Assembly (NCBI GenBank): GCA_964010765.1 | Contig: CAXGMD010000023.1 | Coordinates: 1 to 39,450, forward strand | Direction of reading: 5' to 3' | DNA: 39,450 nt | Origin: an uncultured bacterium | GTDB lineage: Bacteria; SAR324; NAC60-12 | In this document: piece by piece, positions 28,781 through 36,866 of the stretch | Layout: each line of letters begins with the position of its first letter | Position numbering within the stretch: position 1 is the stretch's first letter | Position numbers and translations under genes: made by a program | Notes under the pieces: model-generated | Seen by the model: the letters and a program-made list of their open reading frames with translations, nothing else | What the model was told of the DNA's origin: nothing | The model's database searches: none

Positions 28781-30432
28781 CGTATTCCGGTCGGTTTTCC
28801 GCCGACCAGAAACCTACCTTTCCGCTTTTCGCTATCTCTGAATTCAACGTGCACATCTCTCTTTTTCTTCGCCGCTTGCTGCTTGCCAGTAGCTGCCTGC
28901 TCCTACTGAATACCTCCCTCTGGGCCCAAAGCAACTTCATTCCTCTAGAGAAGGGAGACTACAAAGAACTCGAAGAGCGCCCCACTTACGCACCAGTCCT
29001 CGAAGTCGGTGGTTCCTACCGACTCCGTAATCGATGGATTGATGCGAGCCCAGAGCCAGAAACTCCAACAGGTTTCCCAAATGCCGGTACACTCTCCTTT
29101 GAGCAAGATCTGAGGATCTTTCTGCGCTCAACTGCACACCGCTCAGCTTCGATTCAGCTTGAGTTGGCAACAGCCCAGGCTCCTTTCAACAACGCTGACT
29201 TGCGTCCACCAGCAGAGCGACCAAATGCCCCTGATTCGCAGGACGTTGATCTGGTGGCTCGTCAGGCCTACCTGGAGTTTCGTGCGAACCCTCGTGATCA
29301 GTTACGCATTGGGAAGCAGGAACTTCGTCTCGGTGATCGTCGTGGCAAGGTTTTCAGCGGATTGTTGACCGGTATCGCTCAGCAATGCACAGCAGGTAGC
29401 TTCTGTTATGAAGCCGGTGCTCTGAAGCTGCAGGATGATACAGCAGACTGGCTGTACACCCTCTCCTTGGACTACCCACTTTTTTATGAGCTTGATGCAG
29501 CTGGACAGCCTGAGAATGTGATGCGTGTCGAGGTTTTTCGAATCATCTACACAGAGCGGAACATTCCACTTGGACGCAACAACGCTCCTGGATTGCGACT
29601 CAGCAACGGAGACTTGGATCGCTTACGAGGTACTAGTTTTGCGAATACTAATAGCTGCTCATCAGAGTTGAAACGCCAGGCAGTCGTAGGAGGACAGGAT
29701 TGTACCCCAGTCCATTTCGATGCGACCAGCCAGGATTATTATGGGGTACGTTTCACGTGGAACACTCCGAGCTGGCGTTGGTATTCCGACCTGCTTGGCA
29801 ACCAGGGGAATCGTGCCTACTACAGTTTAGGGCCAAATAACGACTATGGACAGTCACTGGGAAGTTACGCCGTAGCCGGAGTGGCAACGGAGCATGAGCT
29901 GTCTTATCTCTGGGACAATCATCAGGTAACAGGCCTGTTTCTCTATGCCAGCGGTGATGAACAATTGGAAGATGGTGGGTCTATCGACAACACGGGTCAG
30001 AACTACCAGCGAAGCATTCGTGCCTTCCACGAAATCGTTCCGGGCACATATCGAGGAACAAACTTTTACTTCAACGGTGGAAGTCCAGATTGGAAGAGTG
30101 GAACCGGATTGGGCCACACGATCGCTAACACCCAAATGCTTGGTGCTCGTTATCGTTTCACTGTCGAGGCCTCGGAGACATTCTACGAGGCTGGGTTCTA
30201 TTACCTGGACCACGTGAATCCGGTGATGACATCATCAGGTGGAAAAGCTACCCACATTGGTATCGAATGGGATAACACTTTCTCCTGGAAGTTGCGGGAC
30301 TTTGTGACCTGGGACCTGGAGTTGAATTTCTTCCGACAAGGAAAGGCATTCCGCTACGACGACTACCAGCCTTCCGTTAGTGAAACAGGTTCTGCCACAC
30401 ACTTCGCCAGCCGAGTTTACTATTCTTTCTGA
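28777..30432 (+). CDS. Outer-membrane beta-barrel protein, alginate-export (AlgE)-like
   Basis: Signal peptide (possible GTG start at 28849), RQAYLEF and LRIGKQELRLG motifs, amphipathic strands, C-terminal YYSF. Confidence 0.65.
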   Translation: MTYSGRFSADQKPTFPLFAISEFNVHISLFLRRLLLASSCLLLLNTSLWAQSNFIPLEKGDYKELEERPTYAPVLEVGGSYRLRNRWIDASPEPETPTGFPNAGTLSFEQDLRIFLRSTAHRSASIQLELATAQAPFNNADLRPPAERPNAPDSQDVDLVARQAYLEFRANPRDQLRIGKQELRLGDRRGKVFSGLLTGIAQQCTAGSFCYEAGALKLQDDTADWLYTLSLDYPLFYELDAAGQPENVMRVEVFRIIYTERNIPLGRNNAPGLRLSNGDLDRLRGTSFANTNSCSSELKRQAVVGGQDCTPVHFDATSQDYYGVRFTWNTPSWRWYSDLLGNQGNRAYYSLGPNNDYGQSLGSYAVAGVATEHELSYLWDNHQVTGLFLYASGDEQLEDGGSIDNTGQNYQRSIRAFHEIVPGTYRGTNFYFNGGSPDWKSGTGLGHTIANTQMLGARYRFTVEASETFYEAGFYYLDHVNPVMTSSGGKATHIGIEWDNTFSWKLRDFVTWDLELNFFRQGKAFRYDDYQPSVSETGSATHFASRVYYSF

Positions 30433-30445
30433 ATCAAAGCCGACA

Positions 30446-31030
30446 ATGCGACAAGTCAGCAAACAACGAAACACACGTGAAACTAAAATCCAACTGACGA
30501 TCAACCTGGATGGCAGCGGTAAGGTCGCTGTGCGCTCCGGTATCGGCTACCTGGATCACATGCTGGAGCAGTTAGCCTTCCACGGCTTGTTTGATCTGGA
30601 ACTTCAGTGTGAGGGAGATCTTGAGGTAGATTGCCACCACACGGTCGAGGACATCTCTCTGACCTTGGGGGCTGCCGTTCTTGAAGCGCTGGAAGACAAG
30701 CAGGGGATCGTTCGCTACGGCCAGATGTATGTGCCGATGGACGAGACCTTGGTGCGTACTGTGCTGGACTTGAGTGGTCGGCCAGATTTTGTGTTCCAGG
30801 GTGAATTTCGTCAGCCAGCGATCGGTGCACTGGATACCCAGATGATCCCACACTTCTTCAAGTCCTTTGCGATTGCCTCGAAGACCACTCTCCACATGGC
30901 AATTCTGTACGGAGAGAATGACCACCACAAGTGTGAGGGATTGTTCAAGTCCTTCGCCAGGGCCTTGCGACAAGCCACGGAGTTGGACCCAAGACGCGCT
31001 GGTGTCACATCAACGAAGGGCGTGCTGTGA
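30446..31030 (+). CDS. hisB: Imidazoleglycerol-phosphate dehydratase
   Basis: RNTRETKI, GYLDHML, DCHHTVED, PMDE, NDHHKCE, STKGVL; ATG 30446. Confidence 0.96.
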   Translation: MRQVSKQRNTRETKIQLTINLDGSGKVAVRSGIGYLDHMLEQLAFHGLFDLELQCEGDLEVDCHHTVEDISLTLGAAVLEALEDKQGIVRYGQMYVPMDETLVRTVLDLSGRPDFVFQGEFRQPAIGALDTQMIPHFFKSFAIASKTTLHMAILYGENDHHKCEGLFKSFARALRQATELDPRRAGVTSTKGVL

Positions 31031-31635
31031 GCCTGAGTGTGATCATCGACTACAAAGTCGGTAATCTGCACAATCTCAAAAACGCTTTGGACTACTTGAA
31101 GTTGCCGGCTTCGATCGTGGAAGAGCCGGAAGCGGTCCGTCAAGCAGATCGAATTCTCTTCCCTGGAGTAGGTGCCTTTGGCCCAGCGATGCAGCATCTT
31201 CGTGATTCTGGAATGCTGGAGGTGATGGAGGAGAAGGTCCAGTCTGGCGCTCCGCTATTAGGGATCTGTGTTGGCGCTCAGTTGTTGATGGAGCTGGGTC
31301 AGGAAGATGGTCCGCATCAGGGCCTGGGATGGATCGCTGGAGAAGTCAGCCGCTTTCAGCACCAACTCAAGATTCCACAGATTGGCTGGAACGAGGTCGA
31401 GTTCCGCAAGCCCGATCCATTATTTCAGGGATTGCGTGACCGCAGTCACTTCTACTTTGTGCACTCCTACCACCTGCGGCCCAATGATCCAGAGGTCGTG
31501 CTGGGTGAAACGGAGTACGGCTATCCTTTTGCCTCGGTTGTGCGCAAGGATAACGTCTGGGGAGTGCAGTTTCATCCGGAGAAGAGTCAGCAAGCGGGTC
31601 TGCAGCTACTGCAAAACTTCTGCACCTTGACTTGA
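31027..31635 (+). CDS. hisH: Imidazole glycerol phosphate synthase glutaminase subunit
   Basis: FPGVGAF, GICVG, YFVHSY, QFHPEKS; GTGA overlap with hisB. Confidence 0.96.
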   Translation: MSLSVIIDYKVGNLHNLKNALDYLKLPASIVEEPEAVRQADRILFPGVGAFGPAMQHLRDSGMLEVMEEKVQSGAPLLGICVGAQLLMELGQEDGPHQGLGWIAGEVSRFQHQLKIPQIGWNEVEFRKPDPLFQGLRDRSHFYFVHSYHLRPNDPEVVLGETEYGYPFASVVRKDNVWGVQFHPEKSQQAGLQLLQNFCTLT

Positions 31636-31755
31636 GTGCAACTTCTCCAGTAGCTTCGACCAAGGTTGCTTGGACAACCAACCTACTAAAAATTACTCAT
31701 AGGGCCGTCCATCTGGGCAGTCTTTTCCACTATAACGGCCAACCCGAAAGGCAGC

Positions 31756-32187
31756 ATGGCATTGGAACGAACTCTCTCGATCATCAAGCCCGATGGCGTC
31801 AAGCGTAACTTGATCGGCCAGATTTTTTCTCGCTTTGAAGCCAACGACCTGCGGATTGTCGCAACCAAGATGCTACACCTCTCCCTACGTGAAGCCGAAG
31901 GTTTCTACGCAGTACACCGAGGACGCCCCTTCTACGGAGAATTGACCGAGTTCATGAGTTCAGGGCCAGTCGTGGTCAGTGTGTTGGAAGGTGACAACGC
32001 CATCAATCGCCACCGTGACGTGATGGGGGCCACCAACCCGGCCCAGGCTGCAGAAGGAACAATTCGTAAGGACTTTGCCCTGAGCATCGGTGAAAATACA
32101 GTCCATGGTTCTGATGCCCCAGAGACAGCAGCAACAGAGATTGCCTACTTCTTTGCGGAAACCGAGATCGTCAACAGCGCTGGTTAA
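31756..32187 (+). CDS. ndk: Nucleoside diphosphate kinase
   Basis: [31 protein letters not shown]. Confidence 0.98.
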   Translation: MALERTLSIIKPDGVKRNLIGQIFSRFEANDLRIVATKMLHLSLREAEGFYAVHRGRPFYGELTEFMSSGPVVVSVLEGDNAINRHRDVMGATNPAQAAEGTIRKDFALSIGENTVHGSDAPETAATEIAYFFAETEIVNSAG

Positions 32188-32304
32188 ACATACTGGATGA
32201 GAAAATCTATTCTTGTTGGAAAAGAACTGGTTTTCTTACCAAAAATTCGCTACGTTGCCGGCTCAGAATTTGAATTTCATCAATAATACCTGTTCCAGAA
32301 ACCT

Positions 32305-32457
32305 ATGACCGAAACGAAAAAAGCATTCCGCCTCCTCTTTGTTGGAGTAGTGGTCAGCATTGCCGTAGGAGTCTTCTCCGTTGCGGTGTTGTTGCCGATT
32401 TTGCCCGACATTGATCGAGACCGGTACCCAAAGAACCTGCAGCAGCAGGGTAACTGA
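32305..32457 (+). CDS. Small (50 aa) single-pass membrane protein, not in ORF track
   Basis: Hand translation MTETKKAFRLLFVGVVVSIAVGVFSVAVLLPILPDIDRDRYPKNLQQQGN*, with a terminator-like hairpin downstream. Confidence 0.6.
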   Translation: MTETKKAFRLLFVGVVVSIAVGVFSVAVLLPILPDIDRDRYPKNLQQQGN

Positions 32458-32524
32458 TTCCTTGGTTGAATCCCATGGAGGGATGCCGTCGGTCTGGGAA
32501 TTTGAAAAAGATGGAGAGTCTCCG

Positions 32525-32546
32525 CCTGCGCCCGCAGGTTTTTCTT
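32525..32546 (+). terminator. Putative intrinsic terminator
   Basis: CCTGC-GCCC-GCAGG followed by TTTTTCTT. Confidence 0.5.
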
Positions 32547-32657
32547 GTGTTCTGATAAAAAGTTTGGCGGCAATTCAGAAAAATGATTTTATCAGAAATC
32601 AGCCTGTCTGAATACCTCTTGACCTTTCTCTTGAATCCAAGATACTTTCCTTCTTTG

Positions 32658-32880
32658 TGGCCTGATCCTTGTCGTGCGCTTGCGAGGAGCACGGACGAAA
32701 GGGATTGGGCGCGTTCTGTTCGCGCAGTTCCAGCGAGGTCGCTGCCAGCAGAATCGATCAGGCGGGACGAGCCCGTGGGATGTGGGCAAGCTCGGAAAGA
32801 TGACAGACGCCTTGGACAGCCCGTCCAAGCGCCAGAATCCTTGGCCCCCCTGCGTTGGTTTCGTCTTTCGACCGATTTTC
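32658..32880 (+). ncRNA. Candidate structured non-coding RNA of unknown family
   Basis: About 64% GC over 32661-32850 versus about 36% in the preceding 100 nt (hand count). Multiple nested helices. TTGACC..GATACT promoter-like signal just upstream. Strand is inferred from that promoter. Confidence 0.5.
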
Positions 32881-33123
32881 TGGTTTTAAAAGAAAAACCT
32901 GTGTTTGGCATGAACATTGTAGCATGTGAGTTAAGGAGCCCGGAAAACGGAAAGCCACTTTGGCAAGAGGCTGATTTTGCTTCTCCTTTTTCGGCATTCA
33001 CTTACAGTTGCAAGGCCGGCCCAAAGCACCTGTTTTAAAAGATGTCGACGAAAGTTGACTGCTTGTCCCCTGCTGCCAGGCGGGGCGGGCAACCAACCGA
33101 TTCCTAACTTTGTAAGGAGTAGT

Positions 33124-34308
33124 ATGAAAAAGTTTAAAAGCCTGATGTTGGCCGCACTCGCTTCCGCCGCATTGGCAGCCCCTAGTTTTGCTGATGGTCA
33201 CGGTGGCCCAAATCTTGGGATTACAGGCATCAGTGGTGAAGTAGTTTATGAACTGCAACAATCCAGTACCAGCCCAGACGAAGGTAATTCAACCAGTGTG
33301 ATGGACGCCGAGGTTGGAGACGTGAACATTTCATTCAAAAGTGACTTTTATCAATTCTATTTTGAAAGAGATGATGAAGGTTCCTTGGATAATAGATTGA
33401 AAATTGTCCCAAGTATGAAAAGTGGTGACAATTATGTAAAAGCTGTTGGGGAGATAAAAGGACTCTTTGGTGATGCTGGTTCAGATGCTGGCCCATACGG
33501 TGATGTTTTCGTCGAAGGCGGAAACCAGTCCGTATATGTGAAGGTGGGTACTTTTGGATCAACTGAATACTATGGCAACGGTATGGGCGTTTCCCGTGCC
33601 AGCCTGGGTAATGGTGTCGATCCGGACGGAGTATTTAAGAACGGTGAACACTTAGTTATCTCTGGCTTCAAGGGTATTGAAGTTGGTGTTAATGCTGGTG
33701 ACATCAAATTTGAAGTAGCTTTGCCATGGATGAATTCTGGTGATTCTTCCGCTTACGCACTGACTTCCAGCAAAGATCAAACAGTCAACGGTACCGCAAT
33801 CGCTAAAGGTGACAAAGTTGCTTCGAACATTACTGGTGTTCGACCGGGGGTTCAGTTTAGTGCTGGTGATGTGAGCGTCAAAGCAATTGCTTACAGTCTG
33901 TCGATTCAAAAGCAGAACAGTGATATCGATACAGATGAGATGTCTCGATCAGGAGCCCAACTTGTAGGAAGCTTCAATGCAGGTTCCGCTACGATCGGAG
34001 CATTTTACAGCACTGCGACCGAAAAAGACGGCAGCACAGACGTTACTCCAACAGCAGGTGGAGCAAATGTTACTGTGGCGCTTGGAAGTGGGCAGAAGGT
34101 AGGAGCTTCATTTGACACCGCTAATAATGGTCAAGACGATGCTGCTGAAGTTACTTCAACCCGTTTCTCTGCTTCTTACCAAATGCCATTCTTTGTTGAA
34201 GCACTGTCGCTGAAATTGGGTGTGGGTACCTCGACCGAAAGCTCTGACACAGACGCCTTGGCCGGTTCCGCAAGTTCTATGGAAGCTGAGTGGGCATACT
34301 CATTCTAA
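33124..34308 (+). CDS. Probable major outer-membrane porin
   Basis: AAGGAG SD before ATG 33124, signal peptide MKKFK...PSFA, Gly/Ser/Asp-rich amphipathic strands, C-terminal WAYSF, strong terminator. Confidence 0.8.
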   Translation: MKKFKSLMLAALASAALAAPSFADGHGGPNLGITGISGEVVYELQQSSTSPDEGNSTSVMDAEVGDVNISFKSDFYQFYFERDDEGSLDNRLKIVPSMKSGDNYVKAVGEIKGLFGDAGSDAGPYGDVFVEGGNQSVYVKVGTFGSTEYYGNGMGVSRASLGNGVDPDGVFKNGEHLVISGFKGIEVGVNAGDIKFEVALPWMNSGDSSAYALTSSKDQTVNGTAIAKGDKVASNITGVRPGVQFSAGDVSVKAIAYSLSIQKQNSDIDTDEMSRSGAQLVGSFNAGSATIGAFYSTATEKDGSTDVTPTAGGANVTVALGSGQKVGASFDTANNGQDDAAEVTSTRFSASYQMPFFVEALSLKLGVGTSTESSDTDALAGSASSMEAEWAYSF

Positions 34309-34339
34309 AAATCAGTTAAGCTGATTAGTTCCCTTAAAG

Positions 34340-34379
34340 ACGGGATCGTTCGTTTCTGCGAGCGATCCCGTTTTTTTTT
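34340..34379 (+). terminator. Rho-independent terminator of porin gene
   Basis: ACGGGATCGTTCG...CGAGCGATCCCGT stem followed by a long T run. Confidence 0.9.
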
Positions 34380-34524
34380 GCCTTTTGACCAGATTTCCCC
34401 AAATTTGCCCACCTGTTGCAGCGAGGGATCTAAGATAGCTGTTTCCCATTGAACTCGGACTAGCCAAGCGCTTTATTTTCCGCTAGGCTTGTTTTATTTC
34501 CTTCTGCTAAACTGTTTGACATTC

Positions 34525-34992
34525 ATGGATTCCAAGGACCTGCGCCAGGTCTTCGGTCGGTTCGCCACAGGAATCACGGTGATCACGACTCGCACACCAG
34601 AAGGAGAGCAATACGGGGTAACGATCAATTCCTTCACCTCTGTTTCGCTGGAGCCCCCCTTGGTTTCTTTTGCGCTTCAGCGGAGTTCGCCAATGGGAGA
34701 GCACATCCGGCGATCTGGTGGATATGCCGTTAATATCTTGTCGGCAGATCAACAGGAGTTATCAAATCACTTTGCCAGTGATAAACATCGGCAGCCTTTT
34801 ATGGACTGGCCGCTGCTGAACGGTCCTGCGAGTCAACCGCTGTTGTCGGGTTGCTTGGCAGTGCTCGAATGTCGACTTTGGCAGGAATACGATGGGGGCG
34901 ATCACGTCCTGTTACTGGCAGAAGTACTGGATTGTCAAGCGTTTGAGGGTCAACCTCTACTTTACTATCGGAGCCGTTATGCGACGCTATAA
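34525..34992 (+). CDS. Flavin reductase family protein (HpaC/RutF-like)
   Basis: LRQVFGRFATGITVIT, NSFTSVSLEPPLV, GGDH, PLLYY; ATG 34525. Confidence 0.9.
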   Translation: MDSKDLRQVFGRFATGITVITTRTPEGEQYGVTINSFTSVSLEPPLVSFALQRSSPMGEHIRRSGGYAVNILSADQQELSNHFASDKHRQPFMDWPLLNGPASQPLLSGCLAVLECRLWQEYDGGDHVLLLAEVLDCQAFEGQPLLYYRSRYATL

Positions 34993-35095
34993 TATGGAAA
35001 TTGAGAAAGGATTACCGAAGAGCGATGGCTGCTTGCCATTGAATTCGGGGCAAGATGCCAAAATGCAACCGACTCCAGAGGGCATTGTTGGCAGG

Positions 35096-36022
35096 ATGAT
35101 CGGCTGGCAAACATTCTTGCTGCTGCTCTGTAGCAGTCTGTTGGCATCCTGTTTATCCACTACCCCTGATATCAACAAGCTGCGGACCTTCGCCGAAGAC
35201 CGCCGTTCTGCCCCTTTTGCACCAACATTGGAAGAATTGACGCTGGAGATGCCCTTTGTTGCTGTGTTAGCGCCACGTACTCAACCGGGAGTGACGAGCT
35301 ACGCCAACGACAACAGCGTGACCTTCATCAAGTCGATGATGGAAGATGCTGGCAATCTGCAAGTATTTCCTGAAGAACGGATGAGACAAGTGCTGGATTC
35401 TAACGAATATCGAATGTTGGATATTACACGTGAAGAAGACGCCATCAAATTTGGAGAAGCGCTACGGGTCAAGTATCTGGTGATGCTCGATACGTCACCA
35501 GCCACATTCTCCCACGATGATGACGACTGGAGTGCGGTGGTCACTATGCACCTCTACCAGTTGTCACCAACCAAAAAACTCGCAGAGGAAACCTTCCCAT
35601 ACCAGCAGTCTGAGCTAGAAGATATGCGCCTGGATCTGCGGCCCAAGCTTCAAGCTGCGCTTCCATTGAAGGCCTTTCTTGTTGAGACCTACGAGAGACG
35701 TAAAGTCGCCAAGCTGAACGTTGGCATGGACCAGGGCGCAGAGGAACTGGATCGTTTTTCGGTTTTCCGACGTGACCAGCGCTCAAGTCCACCAGAAATT
35801 GTGGACCATGGTGGAGGGAAGTCCAGCCGCATTACGACTCATAGCGAAGACTATGGTAAGTTGGTTGGTACCTTGGAGATCTTCCGTAGCAAGCAAAATG
35901 AGTCCTGGGCCTTGTTGGAACCAGCGAAGGGTGAGGAAATTTTGCCAGGGGATGCCGCGTTTAAAGTCGTTCGCTATCGAACGGATCCCTTCCGCAAGAT
36001 TGACCTCGGTCGCTTTGACTGA
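35096..36022 (+). CDS. Lipoprotein, possibly CsgG/FlgT-like fold
   Basis: Lipobox LLASC after ATG 35096. C-terminal LNVGMDQG...FSVFR resembles FlgT-C-like domains (family call is inference). Confidence 0.6.
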   Translation: MIGWQTFLLLLCSSLLASCLSTTPDINKLRTFAEDRRSAPFAPTLEELTLEMPFVAVLAPRTQPGVTSYANDNSVTFIKSMMEDAGNLQVFPEERMRQVLDSNEYRMLDITREEDAIKFGEALRVKYLVMLDTSPATFSHDDDDWSAVVTMHLYQLSPTKKLAEETFPYQQSELEDMRLDLRPKLQAALPLKAFLVETYERRKVAKLNVGMDQGAEELDRFSVFRRDQRSSPPEIVDHGGGKSSRITTHSEDYGKLVGTLEIFRSKQNESWALLEPAKGEEILPGDAAFKVVRYRTDPFRKIDLGRFD

Positions 36023-36042
36023 TTTCTTTTCCTGATCTGAGT

Positions 36043-36072
36043 TGACGTAGGCATCTCCTTTTGCCTACGTCA
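36043..36072 (+). terminator. Stem-loop after lipoprotein gene
   Basis: TGACGTAGGCA-8 nt-TGCCTACGTCA perfect 11-bp stem, pyrimidine-rich tail. Confidence 0.6.
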
Positions 36073-36336
36073 GTGCTCTTCCTTCCGTTCGCTCCCTCAC
36101 TTGATTTCTCCTATTTCCACTAGCAATCAAATTGACTAGTGAGACAGTTCTCAACAGTTGATTGATCCTGTCGATTTTGTTAGTTCTTTTCTATACTGCT
36201 TTGGCTGAGATGATGGTTGTTATCCAGGTTGCAAAGTGCTACCTCTCTTGTGCACAGCTTGCTACTAAATATTGACTTCATTGGGTGAAGTGAAAAAAGT
36301 CTTCTCCACAACGCAAAGCTACTTTTACGGGATGCT

Positions 36337-36543
36337 ATGTTGACAACCTTGGAAGCTACTCTAGAAAAAGATGGCACTATTCGATGGATCGAACCGCTGC
36401 CAGGTAGTCGTTATCGAATTTTAGTGACGCTGTTAGAAAAGCTACCAGATGAAGATAGAGAATCGAGCTTACTTGCTGAAGCAACATTGGCTGAAGACTG
36501 GTTACGGCCTGAAGAAGAGGAAGCATGGGCCCATTTGCAGTAG
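36337..36543 (+). CDS. Putative type II antitoxin
   Basis: 68 aa with acidic C-terminus LAEDWLRPEEEEAWAHL; overlaps the downstream MazF/PemK-like gene. Confidence 0.72.
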   Translation: MLTTLEATLEKDGTIRWIEPLPGSRYRILVTLLEKLPDEDRESSLLAEATLAEDWLRPEEEEAWAHLQ

Positions 36544-36866
36544 GCTCAGTCGTGTTGATTCACTTTCCTTTCTCTGACCTGTCTTCTAGTAAACTTAGAC
36601 CAGCGCTGCTTTTGGCTGATGCTGGAAACCATGACTGGGTTTGTGCTCAGATTACAAGTCGTCATTATGCCGACAAACGAGCTGTTTTATTAGAAACTAT
36701 TGATTTTGTGGAAGGTTCTCTGGAGATACAGAGTTTTATTCGTCCGGCTAAATTATTTACAGCAAGCGAATCTTTGTTTCAAAGACAGATTGGTCGGATT
36801 TCAAAAGCTAAGTTGAAGGAAACTACACAAATCCTGGTGGCCCTGCTTAATCCAGAAGTAGCATGA
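36525..36866 (+). CDS. Type II toxin, PemK/MazF family endoribonuclease
   Basis: GSVVLIHFPFSDLSSSKLRPALLL, CAQITS, SFIRPAKLFT. Confidence 0.88.
   Translation: MGPFAVGSVVLIHFPFSDLSSSKLRPALLLADAGNHDWVCAQITSRHYADKRAVLLETIDFVEGSLEIQSFIRPAKLFTASESLFQRQIGRISKAKLKETTQILVALLNPEVA

Noticed and set aside
30469..30484. parS-like CACGTGAAAC in the hisB 5' end
   Set aside because: Only the right half matches, it is not palindromic, and it is explained by coding sequence
32660..32850. Hammerhead, tmRNA, RNase P or SAM-I assignment for the structured segment
   Set aside because: CTGATCC is not CUGAUGA; no T-arm or CCA end; no GAGGAAAGUCC; the SAM-I core is incomplete
32354..33038. Overlapping ORFs of 215 aa (-) and 151 aa (+) across the ndk-porin gap
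   Set aside because: Arg/Ser/Pro-rich, no motifs or clear SD, and they cross a terminator and promoter-like signals; better explained as by-products of the GC-rich structured segment
35154..36228. Isolated DnaA-box-like 9-mers (TTATCCACT, TTATCCAGG)
   Set aside because: Mismatched and unclustered, one inside a CDS; no evidence for oriC in this window
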